A stretch of DNA of 64,000 nucleotides from Octopus sinensis. Its lineage: Eukaryota. The notes beneath the pieces are model-generated. The model saw nothing but the letters and a program-made list of their open reading frames with translations. It searched no databases and was not told the origin of the DNA. Both the position numbers and the translations under genes were made by a program. This document shows, piece by piece, positions 1-13,604 of the stretch. Numbering within the stretch: the stretch's first letter is position 1; every line of letters starts with the position of its first letter. Location of the stretch: positions 52,576,001 through 52,640,000 of the forward strand of contig NC_043009.1 of NCBI RefSeq assembly GCF_006345805.1, written 5' to 3'.

Positions 1-345
1 GTCATACGATCGCGGTTTCGATTCCAAGACCGGGCGTTGTGAGTGTTTATTGAGCGAAAACACCTAAAGCTCCACGAGGCTCCGGCAGGGGATGGTGGTG
101 ATCCCTGCTGTACTCTTTCACCACAACTTTCTCTCACTCTTACTTCCTGTTTCTGTTGTACCTGTATTTCAGAGGGCCGGCCTTGTCACTCTCTGTGTCA
201 CGCTGAATATCCCCGAGAACTACGTTAAGGGTACACGTGTCTGTGGAGTGCTCAGCCACTTACACGTTAATTTCACGAGCAGGCTGTTCCGTTGATTCGG
301 ATCAACCGGAACCCTCGTCGTCGTAACTGACGGAGCGCTTCCAGT
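1..345 (+). mobile_element. tRNA-Arg-headed SINE (octopus OR-like), cut by window edge
   Basis: B-box-like GGTTTCGATTCC at the start; body nearly identical to the reverse complement of 1687-2072 and 61641-62021. Confidence 0.85.
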
Positions 346-449
346 CCATTATGTAGATACGGCTATAGAATTGTGGAAAAGGAACATAAGCAGGTGTGTA
401 TTTGTCAAAATGGTAGGATATAAATTTACTGTGTGTTCTACATACTGTG

Positions 450-754
450 TAGAGGCGCAATGGCCCAGTGGTTAGGGCAGCGGACTCGCAGTTGTAGGAT
501 CACGGTTTCGATTCCCAGACCGGGTGTTGTGAGTGTTTGTTGAGCGAAAACACCTAAAGCTCCACGAGGTTCCGGCAAGGGGTAGTGGCGATCCCTGCTG
601 TACTCTTTCACCACAACTTTCTCTCCCTCTTTCTTCTGTTGGCCTGCTCGCTTATCCAGCGGGGTGGCGTCATTTGAAGGCTAAAACAATGCGAAGCGCA
701 TTGTGACTAGCGAGGTGTAGCAACATCTGATAGCCTGGTCGGTCACGATGATGG
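450..754 (+). mobile_element. tRNA-Arg-headed SINE, second body type
   Basis: Head GGCGCAATGGCCCAGTGGTTAGGGCAGCGGACTCGCAG..GGTTTCGATTCCC (A box, TCG anticodon, B box); shares sequence with 1-345 up to ~635, then has a different 3' body; ATACTGT on both flanks. Confidence 0.8.
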
Positions 755-1686
755 TAAATACTGTATCCCTACATCGTTAGTGACTATCATAATTAGAATA
801 TGTAGGACCCTATATCAAACGTATACACATATTGTAGTGTCTTACAACGGTCGTTTTAGGAACGGATCAATTTAATTTTGAAACATTTTAAGAATATCTT
901 TCCAGTGTTATTTTTTTGCTCAACCCACTCGTGATACGCTTAACATCGTAGCTGCTGTTTTAATCACTGTGAGATCGATGTGGACGCTTCAGTGCCATTA
1001 CAAGCTGACATATGAGGTAGCATTAGCCAAGCTGGGCAAGTTTGTCTTTTTATCTCGATGCCATAACTGTTACAGAGATGTGTACTCAACATTAGGCAGA
1101 AAAAATGTTGATCATTTACTGTTATTTGTGCACTCCACTCACTTTTAAGAATATAATTAAAATCAGCAAGCTTAATCCTGCGTTCAACAAATGTCGCATT
1201 CTAACGTATTTGTTTTGTTGTGAAATAATTTAGCCCTGGGTGAAGTTCGTTCAAATATATTTTCATTCTATTCACAGAGCAATTACAGAAGTCATTATTG
1301 AGTTCGTAACTCCAAGAAAAATGCACTTTATAATTTCGATTTCTTCAGCAACTACAACTAATAAGATTTTGTACACCTTCTCTCACATTCTCTTACTTAC
1401 TTCGGTTCTTCTCCGACGCCAGTGTTAGTGTTATGTCTAGCCTTGTTGTTTATAGTGATTCTCTGCACGATAGATATTTGTGAGGCAAATATCACTATGA
1501 TCTTGAAGGAAGACTTTCTCTGTAAATGTGATCAGAAATACAACTAGTTATTTGACAAGAAAGTTCGTTGTGTTATTAAAGCTGGTAATCACTGAAATCT
1601 CAATGAACAGCCTCTTATGCCATATATGTAACTTTTCATTCTCATTATGCATGTATGTATGCATATAAATATACATGTACGTATGT

Positions 1687-2072
1687 GGATGGAAGCACTC
1701 CGTCGGTTACGACGATGAGGGTTCCGGTTGATCCGATCAACGGAACAGCCTGCTCGTGAAATTAACGTGTAAGTGGCTGAGCACTCCACAGACACGTGTA
1801 CCCTTAACGTAGTTCTCGGGGATATTCAGCGTGACACAGAGAGTGACAAGGCCGGCCTTTTGAAATACAGGTACAACAGAAACAGGAAGTAAGAGTGAGA
1901 GAAAGTTGTGGTGAAAGAGTACAGCAGGGATCACCACCATCCCTGCCGGAGCGTCGTGGAGCTTTTTAGGTGTTTTCGCTCAATAAACACTTACAACGTC
2001 CGGTCTGGGAATCGAAACCGCGATCCTACGACCGCGAGTCCGCTGCCCTAACCACTGGGCCATTGCGCCTCC
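1687..2072 (-). mobile_element. Full-length tRNA-Arg-headed SINE with 14-bp TSD
   Basis: Complete head and body; ACATGTACGTATGT at 1673-1686 and 2073-2086. Confidence 0.9.
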
Positions 2073-2329
2073 ACATGTACGTATGTAACTACGGTACATA
2101 CGCATGTATGTATAAATGCATGTATGTTCAATCTGCATTTGTGTATAAATGCATCATACGTACATAAGCTAGCTAGGTCGAGAGATAGCTAGTTTTCTTT
2201 TAGCCGTCGAAATTTTTGAATGACTTTTGACCAAATGTAGGTTTTTCTCTCATCTACGCAGACATCCACTCTTTACAGTCATAGAAGGTCTTGCAGAATG
2301 TTACAGCATGGGAGTGGCTGAGTGGTAGG

Positions 2330-2507
2330 TGTAGGAGTGGTTGTGTGGTAAGTAGCTTGCTTACCAACCACATGGTTCCGGCTTCAGTCCCACTGCGTGG
2401 GACCTTGGGCAAGTGTCTTCTACTATAGGCTCGAGCCGACCAAAGCCTTGTGAGTGGATTTGGTAGACGGAAACTGAAAGAAGCCCGTCGTATATATGTA
2501 TATATAT

Positions 2508-2546
<39 letters not shown>

Positions 2547-2746
2547 TGAGTGAGTGTTTGTTCCCCCAACATCGCTTGACAACCGATGCTGGTTTGTTTA
2601 CACCTGCGTAACTTAGCGGTTCGGCAAAAGAGACCGATAGAATAAGTACTAGGCTTACAAAGAATAAGTCCCGGGGTCGATTTGCTCGACTAAAGGCGGT
2701 GCTCCAGCATGGCCACTGTCAAATGACTGAAACAAGTAAAAGAGTA
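2330..2746 (+). mobile_element. CORE-like SINE with internal (TA)n(TG)n microsatellite
   Basis: tRNA-like head GGAGTGGtTGTGTGGTAAG..GGcTTCAGTCCC, CORE-like CCTTGGGCAAGTGTCT, microsatellite after GAAGCCCGTCG, conserved 3' half ending GACTGAAACAAGTAAAAGAG; multiple copies in window. Confidence 0.85.
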
Positions 2747-5476
2747 GGTATCAGAGAGAGAGAGAGAGATCATCCATATCGTATGAATTACGAAACTAGT
2801 TTTTTCCTCAGCGTATCCAAAATCATATTTTGATTTATGCGGGTTAGCATATAACTTGTCCCTTCAATAATAATAGGTATAAAGTTCAAGTGTGTTTTGG
2901 CCACAGGATTTGCAGACTCTTCGTCAAGGGTACATAAGTATCGAATTCCTCTTGTATTTTCCCTGTCTCATTGTTGACTTCTACAACAGAGCATGTTGCG
3001 TGTGCTTGTGTGAGCGTGCGCGTGTCCGTATGTGTTCTGTCTCAAAACAATATTATCACGTTGGCTGTGTTTTAAGTTAACTGTTTTTATTCATAGTTTG
3101 GTTTGTACCAATATTTACTTGTTCCATCAGTCTCAGTAGATTTATCTTTATTCAATGTTGTCTTATTATTTTTCAATCTATTCCACATTGTCCTGGTTAT
3201 CACATCATGTTTTATGGTAAGAAAGCATCAAGAGAACATTCTTTCTCAGTTAGCAATGAGATGCTTAGAATCTTCAGATTTTTTGTTTTGCATGATCTGA
3301 TGCCAGCTGATATTTTCTGTCTTTAAACAGAATACACCTGATGAGAATTTCTTGCTCCTGGATCGTATGGAAGTAATTTTCAAGCTAAAGTGTTAGAAGC
3401 TTTTCAGAATTCTGTTTCAAGCTTTTCAAGTGGTTCATTCCCGCTAATTTGCTAGTTTTGTGTGTTTGTACTTTTTCGGGTTCTTGTTGACTTATTTACT
3501 TTCGAAGTAAGTAGACTGGTCAATAGACACTTAGAAAGCAAACTGGCTTATTTGGGGAAATTAATGATTTTTTTTTTTTTGTGTTCCTTAGATACAAATT
3601 TGTGTCCCTTAGATTACCTGTCTCCCACGAACTTTATTAACAATCCTAACTTCTTTTTGTTGCTGTGCTAGAAAATTTAAGTGAAATGGTTGCTGAGATT
3701 TTTCACCACTAGAGACGCCGCTTGAGTATTATAATCCAGGTTTCATATGAAGTCAATATAGATTCATTCTCTCATCTGTCCTCTTTATGTAGAAAATATA
3801 AAGTGTCTACATAGCATTTAATAATAATCTATGAAAGTTATGCAATTTGTAAAGAAATTGTTCGTTGTCGACGTTTCTGCTGCTGTTTGGCTCCAGATCA
3901 AATTTGTTGGAGAGCACATTTTAGCGGCGACCATTCAACCTTGTCAGACACATTTTCTCTTGAAAACATCCCTGAAAGGCATCATACCAATCTTACCACA
4001 TTTTTAAAGCACACAACTATAAACTACACAATCGTTTCAAACGCAAGTTCTCATTGCTACTAAGGGTTAATTCTGTCAAATACACGTCTTTAACGTAGCA
4101 AACAGTGCACATCTAAAATTGGCGGGGTTTTGTTTTTGTTGTTGTTGTTGTTTTTTTTGCAGATCACAAAATGACTTTAACTCACGTCATCTACAATACG
4201 CACAGAATACAAAAAGTTATGTGATGCTCCGACATCTAGGGTAGTTTCGGTGTTACATACAGACACATCTTTGACACCATAAAGATATACAGACCAATTG
4301 AAAACTTGATATCAGACTATTCACAGCCAAACACTGAACTGCACACACGCTGTCTTATCTCTCTGCCTTTGCCATAGGTAATACAACAGCATCTAATCCA
4401 CAGAACTGGGTAGTTTAGAGTCACTTCTACTCAACCACACCGAATCCATGCGTCTTTTTTCTTCTTCACCCTTGATATCTCCATTCGCCACCCACAGTCA
4501 TATTGTAATTAGTATACCAGATAATTTCAACTCTGAACGTCGGTCCTCAAAAATGCTTTATCTCGGTGCCTTTCCTACAGCTGTTCCTTTATAACGGCTT
4601 AAACAAAGCGTTAATGGCATTACTCATATCAACTATTTAGTGCCTGCAAAGACCATCAGCATAACAACTTTCTCCAGCCAGATTAATAAAAGAAAATACA
4701 GTATATTCACTACATCTTTTTACAATGGGTGTAGTATAACCTAAGAGAGACTTGGCTGTTATTTTTAACCTATCCAATGAGGCTTATCATTAACACGTTT
4801 TATTTTCGAAGATAGTACAGAGCTGTTGTATTGTTACAGACTAACAAAAGAGTAAACCAAATTTATCAGAATTTAAACACAAATAGTCATATTTTTACAG
4901 AGAAGGCCATGATGACATTTTGTGGCTTTCATTCTTTAATCATTTACCTAACAACAAACAATTCAACAAACAACACAGTTTGTTCTGTTTTCTTTTGTTG
5001 GAAATTTTTTTCTGTCGGAGAAAATGAAGAAGCAGTGAGTGAAAGGTGTCAACTGATTCAGCCAGCCGAAGTAATTCTATCTACTAGACAAACAACAAAA
5101 GCACAAAACAAACAATGTTTTAATAATATAGTAGTATATAGAAGAAAACATGTAAACATGTCTACACCTTCTCTCTTATTCTCTCTTCCACTCTCTCTCT
5201 CTCTCTCTGACATTTTCTCTCTCATTCCTTTTCTCTCACTCTCTCTCAGTCTCTCTCCAACACTCTTTCTTCTCTCTCTTTCTTACCTTTTCTTTCTCTT
5301 TCCTTGTCTATCTATATTTCTCTTCCTCTCACCAAAGCCTAACGTTCTCATGAAAACAAACAAAAAATGTATAGAATATTAAATAAGAAAACTGGAGTGC
5401 AGGTAAAAAAATATATATAAAGATACGCATTTAGAAAAACACAAGCTCAAAAGCATACATATACGAGATATATATA

Positions 5477-5512
<36 letters not shown>

Positions 5513-6834
5513 TGTATGTATGTATGTATGGATGGATGGATGGATGTATGTATGTATGTATGTATGTTTGTATGCATGTATGTATGTATATGTATATATA
5601 TATACTTACATATGTATATATATATGATAATATTTTTGTATTATATATATATACACACACATATATATATATATATGTATATGCATATGTATATCTATCT
5701 ATCTATCTATCTATATATATATATATTATATATATATATATATATATGCAATAAATACACACACACACACATATATAAGCGGTAAATACACACACACGTA
5801 TATATATGCAATAAATACATATACAGATATATATATGCATGCATGTATGTATTCTAATACATATAAACCTGTACATAGTCACATTGAATGTATACGCATA
5901 TGTGTTTGTGTGTATATATGTATGTGTGTATATATACATATACACACACACACCACACAACCAACAACATATATATATATATATTATATATATATATATA
6001 TGTATGATTATGTATGTATATATATGTATGTGTGTATATATGCATATTTGTATACATAGATACATTCAAACACTAGAATATAAACAAAAATATAGAATAT
6101 AACAAAGCAAAGCGACAAAATTACATAGAATCCAGAAAAAGAGAAAATGAAAATAAGTATTAAAAATAATCAAAGAAAATGTAGCCAGCATCACATTACT
6201 TGAAAAAGTAATGGAGTATTATGGCAAATGACTTTGCGAAGAAATGTTGGCACTGCGATGAATCACGTGGTATAGAATATTCAATCAACGACGTAAATTG
6301 CTCAGAGTTTCGAAGACATTCTTTTACGATTAGCTTTTACCGTAGGATATCAGTGCATAAATTTCAACTCATTTTGACGCAACAAGTAAAAATGGTAGTG
6401 AAATCACATCTAACATATTAGTTAGACCGCCATGATGGATTAGGAAAAAGCGAGAAAATTGATTTGTCAGTAGTAAGATTTGTTGTTGATTTGTTTAACT
6501 GGACGTTTTACCTCGCAGTCAGTTCGTCGTAATTTATCGAATGTTTAAATGTTGGCAACTGCATTTACAATAAAGTGTTAGTTATTTATGAGAATGGAAA
6601 CCAATTGAAAAATCTAGGGAATGTTAACAACAGATAATTGAGTCTATACGCGAGGGAGAAAGAGAGAGATAGAGAAAGAGAGAAGAAAGAGAAAATAAAC
6701 AACTAGACAGACAGAGTGAGTGACAGATTATATATATATATATTATTATATATATATATATATATATATATATCCATCTATCTCTTTCACACTTTCTTTT
6801 TATCTCTCTCCTTCACTTCTTCACTATCACTCTA

Positions 6835-6877
<43 letters not shown>

Positions 6878-7344
6878 GAGTGGTAGTGAGGAAGTGAAGG
6901 AGAGAGATAAAAAGAAAGTGTGAAAGAGATAGATGGAGAGATACAGATAAAGATTGTATGTGACAGACAGATAGAGCCAAAGGGAGATGAGGAGATTGAA
7001 AAGAGAAAGAAGAGATAGAAAGGAGAAAGAAAGAAAGAGATAGAAAGGATATAGAAGAGAGAATAAGAAAGAGAAGCAATGTGAATCTAAATGTGAGTGA
7101 GAGATGGAAATCTTGGGGATAAAAAAGCAATAAGAGAAACTAAAAATTCTAAGTAAGTTGTAAATAACTATAGCTATGTATGTGTGTGTGTGTATATATA
7201 TAAGTGCAAGCGTGTTGTTACAGATATGTCTATATTTGTGTATATTTTTGTACACATGTATGCATGTATGAATTATGTATATTTACACATGTATTTATAC
7301 ACGCACATACACCGCTCAGGCACACACACAAAAACACACGTATT

Positions 7345-7385
<41 letters not shown>

Positions 7386-7573
7386 ATATATTCATCCATA
7401 CAAATCAAGTAACATATGTTAAAGTAAGAAGTACTCGATATAAGAGTTATAGAATTTAAATATTTGTGTATTAATAAAAAGCCGTTGTTCTGTACGGTTT
7501 CCTTGGAGTTCCATGGTATTCGGTTTTGATCTAGCATCAACCTGTGGATGGCATCAATTAATTGATGAGCAGA

Positions 7574-8023
7574 TAGCATCTCGAAAGAGTCCAGAAGCTG
7601 GCTACCCGCATGGTTCATGGTCTCAAAAATTTGTCCTACGAAGAAAGGCTGAGGACGCTCGACCTTTATTCTCTTGAAAAACGCCGCCGCCGTGGTGATC
7701 TCATTCTCGCCCACAACATCATAAGCGGAAAGTGTAACCTCTCGAAAGAGCTGTTCTTCACTCCTGCTCCAGCGTCGCTGCGGGGTCATTCCGAAAAGCT
7801 CTACCTGCGACGATTTCATCTCAATCGAAGAGAGAGCTTTCTTTCTCCGTCCGGGTTGCGGATCCGTGGAACAAGCTGCCAGACGAGATGGTGAAGATGC
7901 CGACGACCGCTTTGTTCAAAGCCTCCCTGGACCTCAAGTGGCCTGAACTCTTTACATGAACACCACCCTGTACTTAACTCCATGTCCCCCTACATGGCCT
8001 TGCTATTTGCTTTTGAGCCAAAT

Positions 8024-8063
<40 letters not shown>
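7574..8063 (+). mobile_element. 5'-truncated CR1-like LINE 3' end
   Basis: HLERVQKLATRMVHGLKNLSYEERLRTLDLYSLEKRRRRGDLI..LRGHSEKL..PWNKLP is a typical CR1-group RT C-terminus; frameshifted; (AACT)n tail at ~8023-8063. Confidence 0.88.
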
Positions 8064-8064
<1 letters not shown>

Positions 8065-8727
8065 TATTCCTGAGTAGAACAGTTAAAGCGCAATGGGAAG
8101 AATTTAATTAGTAAAGATGACAAAATATTGAGAAAAGAAGATAACGATAGATTATTACGCAGGTTATGTCCCTTGCAAAAAATTTTCACCCGTGAAATTT
8201 CCCCGTTGTATTTCGTATTAAATATTCCAAAATGAAGAGATAAAATTATAAAATCTCGCTTTGGATTTCTTTGTGGTCTGCCAAATATCTTGTGTTATGG
8301 GGTGGAATCAAGGACACAACTCTTTCAGTTCACTTCTGCTATATATATTAGTCTCTGCATTACAGAATCCATTCACGTTTTCAAGTGCTGTGTTTTCCAC
8401 ATGAATAATTATTATCTATATACGGGCTGCAATATCCTTCATATCAACAATGCCGCTAAGCGTTTCTTTTAGTTTATGTCTGTTAAATAGCTTTCTATAA
8501 CTATGACTAGAAGACAAATGTTTACCAGTTTAATCTGAGTAAATTATATGCCAACTTGCCTTTAACTTTAGTAAAGAACGTAACACTCCAAATCAGGTTT
8601 CAGCACTTTATCTATCCTTGAAATCCTTCAAATGTAATACGTCGTTTGTACAGAGAGGCTACCTTGTCAAAGACTCATTTCACTCAACTGCATTATATAG
8701 ATGCACGGGTGCAAATATATAGTTTCT

Positions 8728-9150
8728 TATTTCTTATTTCTTTATTACCCGCAAGGGGCTAAACATAGAGGGGACAAACAAGGACAGACAAAGAGATTAA
8801 GTCGAATACATCGACCCCAGTGCGTAACTGGTACTTAATTTATCGATCTCGAAAGGATGATAAGCAAAGTAGACCTCGGTGGAATTTGAACTCAGAGCGT
8901 ATCGGCAGACGAATTACCTACTTCTTTACTACCCACAAGGGGCTAAACACTGAGAGGACAAAGAAGGACGGACAAACGGATTAAGTTAATTATATCGAAC
9001 CCAGTGCGTAACTGGTACTTAATTAATCGACCGCGAAAGGATGAAAGGCAAAGTCAACCTCGGCGGAATTTGAACTCAGAACGTAACGGCAGACGAAATA
9101 CCGTTAAGCATTTCGCCCGGCGTACTAACGCTTCTGCCAGCTCGCTGCTT
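8728..9150 (-). mobile_element. Tandem pair of Meta-domain-like SINEs
   Basis: Reverse complement of GCCTTTCATCCTTTCGGGGTCGATAAATTAAGTACCAG occurs twice; CAAATATATAGTTT flanks both ends. Confidence 0.8.
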
Positions 9151-9547
9151 TCCAAATATATAGTTTATAGATTTTCATATGTGCGTGAGATTGTGCTATC
9201 TTTTATTACGTGAACACATTAAAAACATTCACATACACATATATATGTGAGTGTGTATGTGCGCGCGCGTATGTGTAATGTATATAGTAAAAATGTGATA
9301 AGAATTTACAATCAAATCAAAAATAAATTCTGGATAAATTGACAAGACAATAATCTTTAAAGTTAAACTATAACTCAAGGGAATCATTTAGAGTGAATAT
9401 TCCCCGTTAAACTTTCTTTCTTGAACTGTTCAAAATTCTATAGTTTTTGTCAGTATTTTTTTATGTTGAACATAACTGATGAAGGAAAATATATTTGTAT
9501 AAGTAAAAACATTTTGAATGATTAAGAGTGATTAGCTAGATATAGTC

Positions 9548-9602
<55 letters not shown>

Positions 9603-9715
9603 ATATATAAAATTCGGGGTGAGTACTTGATAATTATAAGCACCTGTGTATACCGTTTGGTGGTGTAGGTGGTGGAGTAAATTGATCAAAATAAAAACAT
9701 GATGCCAAGGATTCA

Positions 9716-9793
9716 GCGGTACATATGTTTCGGGCCTTTATTAGACAGATTTATAACAATGCATAATGTATGTCTGTGGCCTTCTTCAGCCGC
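9716..9793 (-). ncRNA. Minimal type I hammerhead ribozyme (PLE-associated type)
   Basis: Minus strand reads GCGG-CTGAAGA-aGGCC...GGCCc-GAAA-CATATG-TA-CCGC: stem I GCGG/CCGC, conserved core, palindromic stem III, GUA cleavage triplet. Confidence 0.75.
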
Positions 9794-9823
9794 GCACAAC
9801 AACTTCCACAAGACTTGATATTT

Positions 9824-10358
9824 TGGGAGACCCGCAACAAGCGGAACTGAGGAAAATATCGCAGATGTGCATGCAGCTGTCAGGGGAAATCTTCGAATCA
9901 CCATCCGTGAGTTACTAGATTAGTTACGGTTCAGTTCAGTCCATTATCACTGAAGATTTGGGTATGAGACGCGTGTCTGCCAAGTTTGTGTCAAAACCGC
10001 TTTCAGTTGACCAAAAGGACACTCGGGTTTCAATTGCACCATATCTTGAGTGTGTCGAGAACGAGGAAAACGGTTTGAAACCTTTGCGCATGCTTCTGAG
10101 CAGGTATCGCTAAGCTTGTGGAAAAATTTGATGCAGGTACTCTGCTCGGCTTTCTCTCTCGTGGTCAAAACGACGACAACACGTTACACACCTTCCTTCC
10201 GAGCACTGCTGTAAGTAGTGGAAGTGAGCTAGAACGTTAAAACTTAGTGCACATACGCATCAGAGGGTAATGTCAATCTGTGTCGAGTGGCTTTACCCTG
10301 CGTGCTTTAGCTTTATTACTATGGCAAGAGGCCGGATACTTGTTGATCAGACCAGATA
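9824..10358. mobile_element. Rearranged mariner transposon remnant
   Basis: + strand GRPATSGTEENIADVHAAV..RITIREL..ISYGSVQSIITEDLGMRRVSAKFVSK (second HTH/linker); - strand EQSTCIKFFHKLSDTCSE (N-terminus) and TIR-like TA-TCTGGTCTGATCAACAAGTATCCGG at 10331-10358. Confidence 0.8.
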
Positions 10359-10705
10359 TGAACCTCTTATATCTCACAAGAAGAGAAATCTTTTTTGAAC
10401 TGAACAAAAAAAAAAAGAGGGAATCCATAAAAAAAAGGGCAATTAGGAGAGGGTATCCACGAGATTCTAATATTTGATTTTTGTATGGTTGCCATAGAAA
10501 CGCTTCTTCACAAATTAATATTGCTGAAGACGTACGGGAGAAAAATTCGTAAACACCCGTATCAATAATCAGTGCTCAATAACATGAAAAATATAAAACA
10601 AGCCAAAATTACGCATAAGAATAAAGGGCTACAGTTCAGATCAGATCTCTTTTCCTTATCGATACCAAAGCAATAGATATCAGAAGTCCATGTTCTCGAG
10701 CTGAA

Positions 10706-10813
<108 letters not shown>

Positions 10814-10836
10814 CATATATATACATATATATATAC

Positions 10837-10911
<75 letters not shown>

Positions 10912-11483
10912 TCTTATATATATTATATATATATATATATTATTATTACATGTGTGTGTGTGAGTGTGTATACGTGTATGTGTGTGTCTGTATGTGCTTG
11001 GATTTGGCATGTATTTTGTAACATGTATCGTCGTCATAGCCATCAACGCCTTCTTCTTCTTCTCTTCTTCTTCTTCTTCTTCTTCTTCTTCTTCTTCTTC
11101 TTCTCCTTCTTCTTCTACTACTACTACAACTACTACTACTACTACTGCCACACTACCACTAACGCCACCATATTTGACGGTGCTAATTTTGAAACGTTTC
11201 CCTTTTGTTTTCTTTATATTTTAGTTGTAATTCTTCATTCTGTAATCGTTATGGCCATTGTTTTCTGTCTTCATAATATATCTTTCAACTCTACCACCAT
11301 ACGTCTTCCTCTATACTCCATTATCATCATCATCGTCATGATTGCCATCAACAGCTCTTTTTGGGGGTTGTATTTTCTTTCTAATCTGCCTTACAATTTT
11401 TTTGTTGATAACATTATTATTATTATTATTATTAGCATCATCATCATCATCATTATCATTATTGTTATTATTATTATTATTAT

Positions 11484-11529
<46 letters not shown>

Positions 11530-11533
11530 GGTG

Positions 11534-11618
<85 letters not shown>

Positions 11619-11657
11619 CATTAGTATTACAGTAAAAATTGAAGTAGCAGTAACAGC

Positions 11658-11688
<31 letters not shown>

Positions 11689-12531
11689 AAGAAGAAGAAG
11701 AAGAAGAGTATTTACCGCATCGATATATATTGATAACATTCGTCAGGAAAAAATATTCAGTTATGAAGTCATACTGTGAGTTATCTCCCTTGAGGCTCTT
11801 TCAGGGGTTTGTTTTTTTAATTTTCATATTTTTTTATTATTTTCCTTTCTGTTTCCTTCGTCTCATGGTGAGTATTTACTGCAATGAACTTCAACAACAC
11901 ACATACACACACACACACTACCACCACCACCGCCCACACACCAACACAGACAAAAACAAACACGGACTCATATATACAAACACATACAGATTCTCAACAC
12001 ATATTTTTATACATCTAATCATATCTGCGTCTCTCCAGTTAGACACACTAATATAGTTATATAATCATATATATATATATATATATAGTGTACATATATA
12101 TCCGTATTTGTGTATTGGCATCCGTGTGTGTGGTTATATATAGAATGTTTCATGGTTGCTTTTCTGTGCGTGTGTATGTACGATTTGCTTGTGTATTCAA
12201 CTAAGGAATAAGATCTCACATATACAGACACAGATATTGGCACACACATACACGTATAGTAACACAAAAAGAGGCACATGTTCACACACAACCAGGTGTG
12301 CAGGTCGGTGTGTATATGTATGTATCTATGTACGTATGTATTTATGTATGTATGTATGTATGTATGTATGTATTTATGTATGTATGTGTACAAGATTGAA
12401 AAGGAACACACGAGTTGATATGTATAAGGAAAATAAGATAAGGTGTATATATATATGTGTGTGTGTGTATACTTACATATTCTTATAAAATATATATACA
12501 TAAACATATATATGTGTGTGTGTGTTGACAA

Positions 12532-12640
<109 letters not shown>

Positions 12641-12741
12641 AAGAAAGATATACATGTATATATACCAACATACATATACACACACATACACGCATGTTTA
12701 TTATTGAATCAGACCAAAGGGGTATGCAGGAATGTAAATAC

Positions 12742-12927
12742 GATTTATAAATTTACAGAAGATATGAGCTACATTTTGTACTGTGGGTGTTTTGGAGTGT
12801 CAAGCGATTTCAGTTTGCATCGAAACCGAATGAGATGAAACAAAGCATTTGCCTACATTTGTCCTAATGTATTCAATTACATTCAATTACAAATCATAAT
12901 GTTGGGTAAGAAATTGTACATATACAC

Positions 12928-13025
<98 letters not shown>

Positions 13026-13068
13026 GACAGACAGACAGACAGGCAGGCAGACAGACAGACAGACAGAC

Positions 13069-13160
<92 letters not shown>

Positions 13161-13330
13161 GTACAAGTTCTTATCCAACATTATATGTAATTGAATGTAA
13201 TTGAATTCATTTGGACAATTGTAAAGAAGTAATTTGTTTCATCTCACTCGGTTTCGATTCAAGTTGAAATCGCTTGACACACCAAACATCCATAGTGCAA
13301 AATATAGCTCATATCTTCATTAAATTAATC
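12742..13330. repeat. ~175-bp inverted repeat flanking a (TA)n(GA)n(GACA)n(GATA)n microsatellite
   Basis: 12742-12921 is the diverged reverse complement of 13160-13330 (e.g. GAAGATATGAGCTACATTTTG / CAAAATATAGCTCATATCTTC). Confidence 0.85.
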
Positions 13331-13604
13331 AGTTTTATCTGTATAATTATTACTTCCACCAACTCGCTTAGTAAATGTTTTATCATTCGTACTTGTACCA
13401 CCGTTTGCTCGTTAACTTCAACCAATATAATAAAGAATAACTGCATACTCTTGGACCCATATTTATGAAGATCTGCTTCTTCTCTCCGAAAAAGTCTACT
13501 TTATATTATGTACACTTCATTTTAATTGGCCTGGAGACCTTTGATATGTGGATCTTAAGTTATAGCTTTACTTTAAAGATCGTTGTCTTATCAGTATGTA
13601 GATA

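Noticed and set aside
450-525. tRNA-Arg(UCG) gene
   Set aside because: It is the head of a multi-copy SINE with TSDs, not a standalone tRNA
3337-3360. CTGATGA hammerhead-like word
   Set aside because: No stem II, GAAA or stem I partner nearby
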